A DNA stretch of 52,713 nt from a candidate division WWE3 bacterium RIFCSPHIGHO2_02_FULL_38_14 (GCA_001772865.1 MEVD01000021.1:1-52713); one strand, 5' to 3'; shown: positions 19,327 to 32,085, numbered from the stretch's first letter. Translations and numbers: made by a program. Notes: a model not told the origin generated them from the letters alone.

Positions 19327-20211
19327 TTATTTAATAACTGCGAAATACCAGTCCAAAACAGCTGTTCCGTAAACATATGCCACAATACTTCCTAAAATCA
19401 AAAAAGGCCCGAACGGTATGGTATCTTTTATAGTTTTTATTTTAATTAACACCAACACAACGCTCACTACCGCGCCTATAATAAAACCCAAAAAAATTGC
19501 CAGTATATTATTAGGAAAACCGTTTACCATTCCTATCAAAAATCCCAGGGTTACATCTCCGCCTCCCATACCTCTGCCTTTTGTAATAAAAATCAGAAAC
19601 AGAAAGAACAAGCTAATAGCAAAGGAGCTGACAATATTAAAACCAAAATCTCGGAGCAAATATAAAACCTGGTTGTCAAAGTATCCAGCTTTATATAAAT
19701 ACACTCCGAAAGTATCACTTAATAAACCCGATCTTAATACCATTAAATTAAAAACCGACACTGCAAGTTGGAATAAAATTACAAAAACAATTCCTGTATA
19801 AACGATTTTGTTAGGCACAAGCCTGAACTTCAGATCCGTCAGAAACAAAGTTACATAAAAACAATAAATAGCCGATAAATATAAAAAATTCAAAATATTT
19901 TCAATCGAAAAATTATCAAATAATTTTGTCCAGTACGCTATGCCGATAAATCCCAAACCTGTAAACAATTCACTTATAAAATAAATATGGGACAATTTGG
20001 TTTTACAACTCAAACATTTTCCTTTTATAAAAATATAGCTTAATAGGGGAACCAGTTCTTTGGGAGAAAGCAGCTTGGAACATGACTCGCACTTAGACCT
20101 ACCTTTTAAAAAAGGTTTTTCAAACGGAAGTCTGTCGGATACCAAATTTAAAAATGATCCGAAAATCGCGCCTACAAAAAAAATTAAAATATAATAAACA
20201 GCGTAAAGCAT
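19327..20211 (-). CDS. pilD: Prepilin peptidase
   Basis: GSFLN, RSKCESC...GKCLSC, TDLK and GMGGGD catalytic Asp motifs, IPFGPFL. Confidence 0.95.
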   Translation of the reverse strand: MLYAVYYILIFFVGAIFGSFLNLVSDRLPFEKPFLKGRSKCESCSKLLSPKELVPLLSYIFIKGKCLSCKTKLSHIYFISELFTGLGFIGIAYWTKLFDNFSIENILNFLYLSAIYCFYVTLFLTDLKFRLVPNKIVYTGIVFVILFQLAVSVFNLMVLRSGLLSDTFGVYLYKAGYFDNQVLYLLRDFGFNIVSSFAISLFFLFLIFITKGRGMGGGDVTLGFLIGMVNGFPNNILAIFLGFIIGAVVSVVLVLIKIKTIKDTIPFGPFLILGSIVAYVYGTAVLDWYFAVIK

Positions 20212-20344
20212 GCCCTAAAGTGTATCAGTGGGATGGGAACACTACAACATTTTTATTAATAGGCTTGCGTAAATACCAAACTAATAAACTGAGTACCGTC
20301 CAAAATATAATATCAAACACAGTAAAAACAGCAAAAACTGAAGA

Positions 20345-20366
20345 AGACCCCAGAATTCTGGGGTCT
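20345..20366 (-). terminator. Intrinsic terminator after pilin 20379-20879
   Basis: Perfect 22-bp palindrome AGACCCCAGAATTCTGGGGTCT followed by T-rich run on minus strand. Confidence 0.65.
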
Positions 20367-20378
20367 CCACAAAGCAAA

Positions 20379-20879
20379 TCAGATTATAGTTAATGATGTT
20401 CCGACTTCATAGGCAGCTGCGTCATTTCCTCCGTCTGTAGTCATTTTTGTAGCGTTGTCGGTAGATTCCATTACTGCATTGATTTCGTATCCTGTTATAG
20501 TTGACGCGAAAGTATACACATAAATTGTGGTGTTAGTTGGGTCAACTGGTACAGCAGGTAGGTACTTAGCTAAACCTGTTTTAGTTGCAGGAATCGTAAA
20601 TTTAATCCATCCATTTGTGCCGTCAACGGCTTGTGTGCCGGAGGCACTGGTACATGTAGTACAACCGCTGGTATCCGTTAAAACTATTTCCTGTTCGGTT
20701 AATGCAACTGTTAAAGCACTTTGCAATGTGTCCATTTCTCTCAGTCTCTTTGAATCTCTACCTTTAGCTAACATTTGAGCCGGGTTAATAACCAAAGCTA
20801 AAACACCAGCGAGCAATGCGATGATTGCGATAACAACAATAAGTTCAACCAGTGTGAAACCTTTTTCTTTTCTTATCAT
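20379..20879 (-). CDS. Type IV pilin, candidate major pilin
   Basis: KG|FTLVELI; INPAQMLAKGRDSKR; SD AGAAGGAGGTG; directly after pilC; own terminator. Confidence 0.9.
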   Translation of the reverse strand: MIRKEKGFTLVELIVVIAIIALLAGVLALVINPAQMLAKGRDSKRLREMDTLQSALTVALTEQEIVLTDTSGCTTCTSASGTQAVDGTNGWIKFTIPATKTGLAKYLPAVPVDPTNTTIYVYTFASTITGYEINAVMESTDNATKMTTDGGNDAAAYEVGTSLTII

Positions 20880-20963
20880 ATGATTATAAATTTCACCTCC
20901 TTCTATTTATTATATATAATTTGCAGTTTTACAACACTTCCTCAAAGCAAAATAATACTTTCT

Positions 20964-22166
20964 CTAAAGCGAAGCTGTTATCTTGTATATCGGAGTAATT
21001 ATAGAAATAATTAAAACACCTACCATACTTCCTAGCAAGATTAAAATTATAGGTTCAAGGGCTGCTGACATTCCTTTTACAGCATGATCAACCTCTCCGG
21101 CAAAATAATCCGCAACTTTTTCAAGAGACTGATCAAGCTGACCTGTTTCTTCTCCAACGGATGCCATTTGACCTAACAAAGGCGGAAGGTTTTTATTAGC
21201 TTTAAAATATTCCGAAAGGGGGCTTCCTTTCTCAACTCGTCTCGCTGCTTCAAGGCATATTTCTTTATATACTCTGTTTTTCACCACATCCGAAACTATT
21301 TTCAGTGACTCAACTATAGGAACCGCAGAAGCTATGAGAAGACTAAGAGTGCTCGTCATTTGTGTAATATCAGTTTGTCTGTTTATATTCCCGAATACGG
21401 GAAGTTTAAAGGATATATACGACATAAAACTTTTACCTGTATCTGATTTTGAAAACCTCGACCACCCGAAAATTCCTCCTGCTGCCAAACCGAAAATTAT
21501 ATAAACCTTTTCGGTAAACAGCTTGGAAAACGCAATCATTATCTTCGTCATGAGCGGAAGCTCTATATTTAAGCTCTCATACATAGTTGCCAGTTTAGGT
21601 ATTACAAAAACCATCATTATCACAAAAACGCCGATCATAGCCAAAAATACAATTGCAGGATAAATCATGGCCGCTTTAAATTTTGCATTTAATTCCCGGT
21701 TAGCCTCCATGGTGGCAGCAAGTTTGTTAAGAATTTCATCCAACTTTCCTGATGATTCTCCTGCCCTTATCAATGCCTGGTAGGTATTTTTAAAAACTTT
21801 TGGATATCTGGACATAGCCATGGATAATGAAGAACCTCCTTCAACGTCTCTTAATATATCTCCCAGGATTTTTCTCATTTTTCTATTAGTTGTTTGTTCG
21901 GCTAATATTTCCAAAGCTCTGGATATAGGCAGCCCGGCAGATATCATAGTTGAAAACTGCCTCGTAAAATTGACCACCTCATTTTCGGGAACACCGCGGA
22001 GTTCTATCAGAAATTCGAATAAATTAGCTTTCTTTTCCGTAAGGCTTAGAACAAACATTCCCTGATTTTTTAGCAGGGAAATTGCAAGTTCTTCAGTGCG
22101 CGCGTCGACCGTACCTACGCGTCTGACACCTAAGTTGTCAGTTGCTACATAATTATAAATAGCCAT
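20964..22166 (-). CDS. pilC: Type IV pilus platform protein PilC (GspF family)
   Basis: FTRQFSTMISAGLP, AGESSGKLD, GEETGQLD, LEP motifs. Confidence 0.95.
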   Translation of the reverse strand: MAIYNYVATDNLGVRRVGTVDARTEELAISLLKNQGMFVLSLTEKKANLFEFLIELRGVPENEVVNFTRQFSTMISAGLPISRALEILAEQTTNRKMRKILGDILRDVEGGSSLSMAMSRYPKVFKNTYQALIRAGESSGKLDEILNKLAATMEANRELNAKFKAAMIYPAIVFLAMIGVFVIMMVFVIPKLATMYESLNIELPLMTKIMIAFSKLFTEKVYIIFGLAAGGIFGWSRFSKSDTGKSFMSYISFKLPVFGNINRQTDITQMTSTLSLLIASAVPIVESLKIVSDVVKNRVYKEICLEAARRVEKGSPLSEYFKANKNLPPLLGQMASVGEETGQLDQSLEKVADYFAGEVDHAVKGMSAALEPIILILLGSMVGVLIISIITPIYKITASL

Positions 22167-22181
22167 GTATTATTTCGTTCT

Positions 22182-23276
22182 TTATTTAGACGCTACCTTA
22201 GTTTCTTTAATAATTCTTCTTAATTCATCAGGGCGCGGGCTGAATTTTAAGGCTTCGTTTACATCTACTTCTCCATCATTCACTAAAGTTGCCAAACTCC
22301 TATCCAGTGGGCACATTCCCATACTTATACTGTTGCCGATCATGTTATCTATCAAATGTGTTTTTCCCTCTCGAATAAGGTTTCTAATTGCGTCACTCGC
22401 CAGCATCAGCTCAACTGCAGGAACCATTCCTTTAGAGTCAGACGGTAGAAGTCTTATTGAAACTATTACCTCAAGAACCTGTGAAAACTGAAGTCTTACT
22501 TCGGCCCTTTTTTCCTCAGGATAGGAACTGATAATCCTGTCCACCGACTGAGCGGCCGAATTAGTGTGAAGAGTTGTAAAAACTAAATGACCGGTTTCTG
22601 CTATTTGAAGGGCGGTACTTATTGTTTCTGTGTCTCTCATTTCTCCGATCATTACCACGTTAGGATCCTGCCTTAAAACAGATTTCAGAGAAATTTCCCA
22701 CGAATGCGTATCCAAAAACATTTCTCTTTGTTCAATCAGCGACAGTTTATTAGTGAAAATATATTCAATAGGGTCTTCAACAGTAATAACGTGTTCGGAT
22801 CTGGTTTCATTTATCCTTTGAATCATTGCTGCAATAGTTGTGGACTTTCCGTGTCCGGTAGGTCCTACTACCATTACCAGCCCCTGTCTTAACTCGCACA
22901 AATTGCTAATTGACTTTGGAAGATTAAGTGATTCTAAAGAAGGGGGATGGGGCGGAATAAGCCTTAACGCCACTGAAGGATAACCCTTCTGATAAAATGC
23001 ATTCACCCTAAATCTCGCTTTATTTCCAAGCGACACTGAAAAATCCAATTCTCTGTTTACTTCAAATAAATCTTTCTGCTCTTTTTCCATCAATTGGGAT
23101 AGAAAGTATTCAATATCTCCGACCATCAAAAGAGCCCCTTCTTCAAGAGGAGACAGTCTCCTGTTTACCCTGACCATCGGATTAGCCCCTACGGACAAAT
23201 GTAAATCCGATGCATTAAGTGAAAGTACTTTTTCCAACATCTGCGACGCTGTAAGTTTCATAATTTTATTTGGCAA
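22182..23276 (-). CDS. pilT: Retraction ATPase PilT
   Basis: GPTGHGKSTT, TVEDPIE, LRQDPNV, ETGHLVFTTLHT, AIRNLIRE. Confidence 0.95.
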   Translation of the reverse strand: MPNKIMKLTASQMLEKVLSLNASDLHLSVGANPMVRVNRRLSPLEEGALLMVGDIEYFLSQLMEKEQKDLFEVNRELDFSVSLGNKARFRVNAFYQKGYPSVALRLIPPHPPSLESLNLPKSISNLCELRQGLVMVVGPTGHGKSTTIAAMIQRINETRSEHVITVEDPIEYIFTNKLSLIEQREMFLDTHSWEISLKSVLRQDPNVVMIGEMRDTETISTALQIAETGHLVFTTLHTNSAAQSVDRIISSYPEEKRAEVRLQFSQVLEVIVSIRLLPSDSKGMVPAVELMLASDAIRNLIREGKTHLIDNMIGNSISMGMCPLDRSLATLVNDGEVDVNEALKFSPRPDELRRIIKETKVASK

Positions 23277-25026
23277 CTCTCATAACTTCTGATAGAGTAG
23301 TTACTCCTTCTACAACCCGTAAATAACCATCCTGCATTAAATTTAACATTCCTTCTTCCATAGCAACATCCTGAATTTGCTGGGCTGTGCTGCTTTCAAG
23401 GGTTAATCGGCCGATTCTGTCCGACATTTCCAGAACTTCAAATATTCCGATTCGTCCTTTGTATCCGGTATTTGCGCATTTATCGCAACCTTTACCTTTA
23501 TACAATTTAATAGGACCTTCACTTGATTTTTTAATTATCTTCACAACTTCCGGATCTTTAAGCATAATAGTTTTATTTCTTTCTATGGAAGACAATATAG
23601 TTTTCATTTCCTGTAAAACCTCCGCGGGTGTATCATGTTCTTCCTTGCAGTTGGTGCAGATTTTTCTTACAAGCCTTTGCGCTAAAATAACATTTACTGT
23701 TGACGCAAGTAGGAAATTTTCGATCCCCATATCTAAAAGTCTGGGCAAGGCGCCGGAGGCAGAATTAGTGTGCAAAGTAGACAGTACCAAGTGACCGGTT
23801 AAAGCGGCGTGTACTCCCAGCTCAGCGGTCTCGCCGTCCCTTATTTCACCTACCATAATAATGTTCGGATCCTGCCTTAAAAACGCTCTTAATCCGTTGG
23901 CAAATGTCAGTCCTGCCTGAGGATTTATCTGAACCTGATTTACTCCGGGAACTCTTATTTCAACAGGATCTTCAATAGTAACTATATTCACTCTCACAGT
24001 ATTTAACTTTGCAAGCGCAGACGCCAAAGTTACGGTTTTTCCCGAGCCGGTAGGACCTGTAACCAATACCATTCCGACTGGCTTTAATATCTGCTCCTCG
24101 AACCTTTTTAAAGACAACCCGCGCAGTCCCAAATCTTTGAATGTAAATACCGCACCTTCTTCTTTAAGCAACCTGATAACTACTTTTTCTCCATAAATTG
24201 TAGGAAGAGTTGAGACTCTCAAGTCGGTTTGAGTGTTACCTACCTGAACCTTAAATCTTCCGTCAAGAGGAATTCTTTTTTCGTCAATTTTCATTTTGGC
24301 CAATATTTTAATACGGGCAATTATAGAATCGTGCATTTCTTTAGGTATGATTCTTTTTTCTTCTAAAACTCCGTCTATTCTATATCTCAGCCTGGATCCC
24401 TTTTCACCCGGCTCCAAATGAATATCTGAAGCCAGAGTTTTAACTGCGGTCTCCAAAATCATTCCCACTATTCTCGCTATAGGAGCATCCCTTATAGTGG
24501 CATCTGTTAATTCGCCGCCTGTTTCATCGATTTTTAAAGTAGTCTGGCTGATTTCTTCAAGAGCTGCACTTATTTCCTCTCCGATGGCTTTGCCTTTTTG
24601 CTCGTCTAAAATACGGTCTACATCTTTTTGAGAAGTAATAAATGGAATAACTGTATAACTGGTTTTTCTTTCTATAAATTCAATGGTTTGTAGATCCAGG
24701 GGATCGACCATAGCAACCGAAAGCTTGTCACCATCAAGTAAATAGGGTACTATATTGTATTTTTTTGCCACTGAAAGGGGGACTAATTCAACTAATTCAG
24801 CAGGTATTTGCTTTCCTGTAAGATTTACATATTCAATACCGTACACTTCGCCAAATGCCTTAACAAAATCCTCATCACTCACAAAACCTCGTTCTTTAAC
24901 AATTTGAGTTAAATCTTTGCCGGTATTTACGTGTTCAAATTTAATTGCAGAAAGCTGGTCCGAGTTAATGAGCTTTCTATCGTAAAGCAAATCTTCTATT
25001 GACTTAGTAGTATCAAACTTCAACAT
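23266..25026 (-). CDS. pilB: Extension ATPase PilB (GspE family)
   Basis: SDIHLEP, GPTGSGKT, LRQDPNII, LTGHLVLSTLHTN, tetracysteine motif. Confidence 0.96.
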   Translation of the reverse strand: MLKFDTTKSIEDLLYDRKLINSDQLSAIKFEHVNTGKDLTQIVKERGFVSDEDFVKAFGEVYGIEYVNLTGKQIPAELVELVPLSVAKKYNIVPYLLDGDKLSVAMVDPLDLQTIEFIERKTSYTVIPFITSQKDVDRILDEQKGKAIGEEISAALEEISQTTLKIDETGGELTDATIRDAPIARIVGMILETAVKTLASDIHLEPGEKGSRLRYRIDGVLEEKRIIPKEMHDSIIARIKILAKMKIDEKRIPLDGRFKVQVGNTQTDLRVSTLPTIYGEKVVIRLLKEEGAVFTFKDLGLRGLSLKRFEEQILKPVGMVLVTGPTGSGKTVTLASALAKLNTVRVNIVTIEDPVEIRVPGVNQVQINPQAGLTFANGLRAFLRQDPNIIMVGEIRDGETAELGVHAALTGHLVLSTLHTNSASGALPRLLDMGIENFLLASTVNVILAQRLVRKICTNCKEEHDTPAEVLQEMKTILSSIERNKTIMLKDPEVVKIIKKSSEGPIKLYKGKGCDKCANTGYKGRIGIFEVLEMSDRIGRLTLESSTAQQIQDVAMEEGMLNLMQDGYLRVVEGVTTLSEVMRVAK

Positions 25027-25188
25027 AGGCAGTTTTCAGGTTTTGTAGTCCGCGTGCATTGCATTAAGTACCGCACGGCACTTAATAAAATGATAGCAAT
25101 TAATATGTATATTGGAAAGATAAAAGTATTTTTCTTTTTACCGCAATGTAAAACTATAATCCACAAATAATGATATATAATAAAAACC

Positions 25189-25896
25189 ATGAACGGTTCA
25201 ATTATAATTTTCGGATCCAGCCAGGATTCCCGCGAGAAAAAATGTTTTGAAATTGCCCAAAGTCTGGAACTTGCGAACAGCGAAAACAATCCCGACCTGA
25301 AAATTTTAAAAACTATTGATGACAAAAAAAGCATAGGAATAGACGATATAAGGGAAGCTGTTAAATTTCTTTCGAATAAGCCTTTCTCGCATAAGTATAA
25401 GTTACTGGTTATTTCCGAATCCCACTACATGACTAGAGAAGCTCAAAATGCCCTTTTGAAAACTTTAGAAGAGCCTCCCGCGTACGCAACCTTGATCTTG
25501 CTAGCTAAAACTGAAGAATCGGTACTGCCGACTGTTTTATCAAGATGTCGAAAAATTTCTTTAAACAAAAGCATGAAAAGCGACTCCACAAGTGAAACTG
25601 AAAATGTTTTTTTTACAGAACTACTTAATCAAAGCACAGGTGACAGATTAGAATGGGCGGCCGAAACTTCAAAGAAAGACAAAAAAGAGATAATTGATAA
25701 TCTGGAAATACTAATGTTGGAAGGAAGATCATACTTAAAAGAGCAGACTGGAGGCGGTGCTGTAACTTTGCTCAACAATTTAAATAAAGTGAAATCTGAC
25801 TTAGAAAATACCAACTTAAGTGCAAAGATAGCCTTGGAATTTATAGCTACAAATACCCGAAATCCGTCACATACTAATTTAAAGCATTCCAATTAA
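25189..25896 (+). CDS. holB: DNA polymerase III delta' subunit-like (short)
   Basis: SIGIDDIRE, AQNALLKTLEEPP, LPTVLSRC. Confidence 0.85.
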   Translation: MNGSIIIFGSSQDSREKKCFEIAQSLELANSENNPDLKILKTIDDKKSIGIDDIREAVKFLSNKPFSHKYKLLVISESHYMTREAQNALLKTLEEPPAYATLILLAKTEESVLPTVLSRCRKISLNKSMKSDSTSETENVFFTELLNQSTGDRLEWAAETSKKDKKEIIDNLEILMLEGRSYLKEQTGGGAVTLLNNLNKVKSDLENTNLSAKIALEFIATNTRNPSHTNLKHSN

Positions 25897-25923
25897 TGCT
25901 TTAGAAACAACCAAAACTGCAGG

Positions 25924-25952
25924 TTGAAACCACATCCAACTTCGGCTAAAAT
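25924..25952 (+). promoter_or_regulatory. gyrB promoter (leaderless or very short leader)
   Basis: TTGAAA-N17-TAAAAT, 9 nt before ATG. Confidence 0.6.
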
Positions 25953-25958
25953 CATTAA

Positions 25959-27947
<1,989 letters not shown>

Positions 27948-28019
27948 AAGTTTCAATGCTTCATTATAGGATTTAAAACCACTTCATTCTATACAAAGTC
28001 TTATGATAAACTATCAGTT

Positions 28020-28964
28020 ATGAAAATATACGTAATAGGACACAAGCCTTCGGATCTGGATTCAGTTGCCTCCGCCGTGGAATATACTGAATTCCTTCAA
28101 AGATCAAATAAATACAAAGATTCCGAATTAGTGGCGGCAGTGGCCGGCCCTCCGAATAAAGAAACTCAATTTGTCTTCCAAAAATTTAATGTAGACCTTC
28201 CGGTAAATATTGATGATGTAACCATTGGTCCGGACGACCACTTTATTTTGGTAGACCACAATGAATTTGACCAGAGATCCGAAAAAGTAGATAACGAAAA
28301 AATCCTGGGGATTGTTGACCACCACAAAATGAAAGTGGATTTTAAAAGAGCAATAAAAATTGATTTAAGACCTTTGGGATCAACCAGCACCATAATCTAT
28401 GAAGAGTTTGAATCTGCCGGAATTAAACCGACCAATAAAACCCTGGCTCTAATTTTATCCTCAATACTTTCCGACTGCGTAGGTCTTAAATCAAGCTTAA
28501 CAACAGGTTTGGATTCGGAAATAGCCAACAAAATAGCCAAAGAACTATATATAGATCTTGAAAAGCTAACTTTTGAAATATTCAAAGCCAAGTCGGATAT
28601 CGAAGGTCTTTCCCCCGAACAAATCGTAAAAAAAGATTTTAAAATATTCGATTTCGGAGGTAAAAAAGTATTTATAGGACAGGCAGAAACAGTTGAATCA
28701 GAAGCACTTCTGAACCAAAAAGATGTACTCATTAACGCTCTTAAAGAAGTAAAATCAAAAGAAGATGTTCAGTATGGGTTTTTATTTATCACCGATATCC
28801 TGAAAATAAATTCCCAGGCACTTTATACCAACGAAGATGAAAAAAAGGTTCTTGAGCAGGCTTTTACTACTCAAGGACACGACAGAATTGCCGATGTGGG
28901 TCCTAGAATGAGCAGAAAAAAGGATTTAGCCCCGGAAATTGAGAAGATTATAACTTCTAAATAA
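28020..28964 (+). CDS. ppaC: Mn-dependent family II inorganic pyrophosphatase
   Basis: GHKPSDLDS, LVDHNE, VDHH, SRKK. Confidence 0.92.
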   Translation: MKIYVIGHKPSDLDSVASAVEYTEFLQRSNKYKDSELVAAVAGPPNKETQFVFQKFNVDLPVNIDDVTIGPDDHFILVDHNEFDQRSEKVDNEKILGIVDHHKMKVDFKRAIKIDLRPLGSTSTIIYEEFESAGIKPTNKTLALILSSILSDCVGLKSSLTTGLDSEIANKIAKELYIDLEKLTFEIFKAKSDIEGLSPEQIVKKDFKIFDFGGKKVFIGQAETVESEALLNQKDVLINALKEVKSKEDVQYGFLFITDILKINSQALYTNEDEKKVLEQAFTTQGHDRIADVGPRMSRKKDLAPEIEKIITSK

Positions 28965-29115
28965 TCAAATCATTTTTTCATATTATTTTTAATTTCAAAA
29001 GACTTGTCCTATGTTGTTAATTTGCTAATTAAAGTTCTTTTATACAAACTTTACAACACAAACCCTGTAGTATATAACTACTGTACAAATAAAGAGACGA
29101 AAGGAGATTTGCAAA

Positions 29116-29322
29116 ATGGGAAATGACCCTCAAATCCCACTTTCTGCGCTTGCGTTAATATTTCTCGCCTTTTTGACAGTCATTTTGGTAATTACTTTTG
29201 CTATGACAAGGTCAGGAGCTGTACTAATTGTCCTGATCGTAGTTGTAGTTCTCCTGATATTGGCACTTCAGGAGTTCCAAAATGACTTCAATGAATGGCT
29301 GAAAGGACTCCTTCCACCATAA
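29116..29322 (+). CDS. Small orphan membrane protein (68 aa, two hydrophobic helices)
   Basis: AAGGAG SD; two TM segments; downstream inverted repeat. Confidence 0.6.
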   Translation: MGNDPQIPLSALALIFLAFLTVILVITFAMTRSGAVLIVLIVVVVLLILALQEFQNDFNEWLKGLLPP

Positions 29323-29352
29323 AAACGTCATACGCACAGCCAGCGCCTATTT

Positions 29353-29389
29353 GAACCGGCACCAAACCACCCCTACAAGGTGCCGGTTC
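29353..29389. terminator. 11-bp inverted repeat after small ORF
   Basis: GAACCGGCACC-N15-GGTGCCGGTTC; no U tract on + strand. Confidence 0.5.
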
Positions 29390-29416
29390 GTCCACAACAA
29401 ATCCCCGTTGTCAAGA

Positions 29417-29445
29417 TTGAAACCCCCTTTCAAAACTGATACACT
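29417..29445 (+). promoter_or_regulatory. gyrA promoter
   Basis: TTGAAA-N17-TACACT with extended TG, 9 nt before ATG. Confidence 0.6.
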
Positions 29446-29454
29446 TATTCAGTT

Positions 29455-32085
29455 ATGCCCTCTAAGAAAACAAATAGTCCAAAAACCGATAATTATGATT
29501 TGGAAAAAATAAAAGAAAAGCAGTCCGCCAACAATCCAAGTTCAAGTGATTCAAGTATTATTAAATCCGATATTACAGACGAAGTCCAAAGAGCTTATCT
29601 TGACTACGCCATGAGCGTAATAGTTTCGCGAGCTCTTCCGGATGTAAGAGACGGTTTAAAACCAGTTCACAGAAGAATAATTTACGCAATGTATGACCAG
29701 AAAATAACTTTCAGCGGTAAATACCACAAATCGGCGGCAGTAGTAGGAGAAGTTTTAAAAAATTACCACCCTCACGGTGACGTAGCGGTCTACGATTCAA
29801 TGGTAAGAATGGGGCAGGGTTTTTCTCTCAGATATCCTCTTATTGCCCCCCAGGGAAACTTCGGAAACATTGACGGAGATCCTCCGGCTGCAATGAGGTA
29901 CACCGAAGCAAAACTCTCACAAATCGCAGAATTTTTATACACGGACATCGACAAAAACACCGTCGATTTCAACCTAAATGATTTACAGAATATGGAACCG
30001 GCATATCTTCCTTCATTGCTTCCAAATCTGCTTATTAACGGTGCTGCCGGCATTGCCGTAGGAATGGCTACAAACATCCCTCCGCATAATTTGGGCGAAG
30101 TACTCGACGGAATCCAATTTTTAATTGAAAAGGCTGACAATATAGGAATTCCTCCTAAAAAAGATGATAAAGAGCAGGTTGCCTTGGTAGATTTTTCCTC
30201 AGACGCAAATGTTGAAGACTTGGTCCAGTTTATTAAAGGACCAGATTTTCCGACAGGCGGCACTATTTACGATCAAAAAGAAATTATTCAAATGTATGCA
30301 ACCGGAAAGGGTAGGGTAGTGACACGCGCGAAGTTAAACATAGAGGAAAAAGCCGGCAGAACAAGAATTATTGTCACCGAAATACCGTACCAAGTGAACA
30401 AATCAACGCTTGTTGCCAAAATTGCGGATCTGGTAAAAGACAAAAGGATTGAGGGGATTTCGGATTTAAGGGATGAATCCAACTACCGGGAGGGTCTACG
30501 AATAGTTATAGAGCTTAAAAAAGAGGCTGTCCCAAAAAAACTTGAAAATCAGCTTTACAAATATACTCAGCTTCAAAGCACATTCAACGCCAATATACTT
30601 GCGCTTTTAGAAAATGAGCCCAAACTTATGACTTTAAAAATGATCCTGGAAGAGTTTGTGAAGCATCGACAGAAAGTGGTAGTGCGAAGAACCATATATT
30701 TGCTCGGCAAATACAAAGAAAGAGAACACATTTTACTCGGGCTTAAAATAGCTCTGGACAATTTAGACGCGGTCATAAAGCTTATTAGATCTTCAAAAGA
30801 CGTGGACACAGCTAAAAAAGGATTAATGGAAAAGTTTGGCTTGTCCGAGATTCAGGCGCAGGCAATTTTGGATATGCAGCTTAGAAGGCTGGCGGCGCTT
30901 GAAAGGCTTAAAATTGAGGAAGAACTCAAAGAAATCCAGGCGGCTATAAAGGATTTTGAGGCAATTTTAGCTTCGCCGAAAAAGATAATAGAGATAGTTA
31001 AAAAAGAGTTGCTAGAAATCAGGGAAAAGTTCGGCGATGAAAGAAAAACCAAAGTCATAAAAGGAAAAGTTGGGGAGTTAACCGACGAAGACCTTGTGAT
31101 CCAGGAAAACTGTATAATCACTATTTCGGAAAATGGCTATATAAAACGATTGAAAGAAGATGCATACAGAAAACAAGCCAGAGGAGGTAAGGGAGTAACC
31201 GGACAATCATTAAAAGAAGAAGACCAGGTTTCGACCATAAGGATATGCAATACACATGATTATGCGTTTTTCTTTACCAACAAAGGACGCGTCTACAAAA
31301 TGAGAATCTGGGATATTCCTGAATCCAGCAGAGTTGCCAAAGGAACTGCGCTGGTCAACTTTTTAAATATAGGACAGGAAGAGAATATGCATACGTTTCT
31401 TGCATTGTCTTCTGAGGCATTAGAGAGCGGTAAAGGGTACTTGGTATTCTGTACTGAACAAGGATCTGTTAAAAAGACCTCATTGGAAGAATTTGCCAAC
31501 ATTAGATCGTCCGGAATTCTTGCCATAAATTTGCCTGATGGGGATTATTTAACCAGAGTTTCGCTCTCAAACGGAGATGACGACATTTTGCTTACCACTT
31601 CACAAGGTCAGTCAATAAGATTCAGCGAAAAAGATGTCAGATCTATGGGCAGGGCAGCTAGTGGCGTGACCGGTATTAAATTGACCAAGAAACAAGACGA
31701 TTACGTTGTAGGAATGGTAGTAATATCCAAAGAGAGTAAAAAAGATAATCTGATTGTTGTTACTGAAGGCGGTTACGGTAAAAGAACCCCGCTAGACGAA
31801 TATAAAGTACAAGGCAGGGGAGGCACCGGAATACTAACCTATAAGATTACAGAAAAAACCGGAAAATTAATTGCCGCACAAGCCATGCCTAAAAAAGCGG
31901 AAACGGATATACTTATAGCCACATTGAGTGGAAAGGTTATTAGGCTTTCCACTGACCAAATTCCTACCTTGGGAAGAGCTACACAAGGTGTAAGGCTGAT
32001 TAGACTTGAAACAGGTGATAAAGTAACCTCGGTGGCGTTTTTGGATGATGAGCCTGAAGTGGAAGAAAACAGGGCAGGAGAATAA
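29455..32085 (+). CDS. gyrA: DNA gyrase subunit A
   Basis: RALPDVRDGLKPVHRR, YHPHGD, AAMRYTE catalytic Tyr, GyrA box QARGGKG. Confidence 0.97.
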   Translation: MPSKKTNSPKTDNYDLEKIKEKQSANNPSSSDSSIIKSDITDEVQRAYLDYAMSVIVSRALPDVRDGLKPVHRRIIYAMYDQKITFSGKYHKSAAVVGEVLKNYHPHGDVAVYDSMVRMGQGFSLRYPLIAPQGNFGNIDGDPPAAMRYTEAKLSQIAEFLYTDIDKNTVDFNLNDLQNMEPAYLPSLLPNLLINGAAGIAVGMATNIPPHNLGEVLDGIQFLIEKADNIGIPPKKDDKEQVALVDFSSDANVEDLVQFIKGPDFPTGGTIYDQKEIIQMYATGKGRVVTRAKLNIEEKAGRTRIIVTEIPYQVNKSTLVAKIADLVKDKRIEGISDLRDESNYREGLRIVIELKKEAVPKKLENQLYKYTQLQSTFNANILALLENEPKLMTLKMILEEFVKHRQKVVVRRTIYLLGKYKEREHILLGLKIALDNLDAVIKLIRSSKDVDTAKKGLMEKFGLSEIQAQAILDMQLRRLAALERLKIEEELKEIQAAIKDFEAILASPKKIIEIVKKELLEIREKFGDERKTKVIKGKVGELTDEDLVIQENCIITISENGYIKRLKEDAYRKQARGGKGVTGQSLKEEDQVSTIRICNTHDYAFFFTNKGRVYKMRIWDIPESSRVAKGTALVNFLNIGQEENMHTFLALSSEALESGKGYLVFCTEQGSVKKTSLEEFANIRSSGILAINLPDGDYLTRVSLSNGDDDILLTTSQGQSIRFSEKDVRSMGRAASGVTGIKLTKKQDDYVVGMVVISKESKKDNLIVVTEGGYGKRTPLDEYKVQGRGGTGILTYKITEKTGKLIAAQAMPKKAETDILIATLSGKVIRLSTDQIPTLGRATQGVRLIRLETGDKVTSVAFLDDEPEVEENRAGE

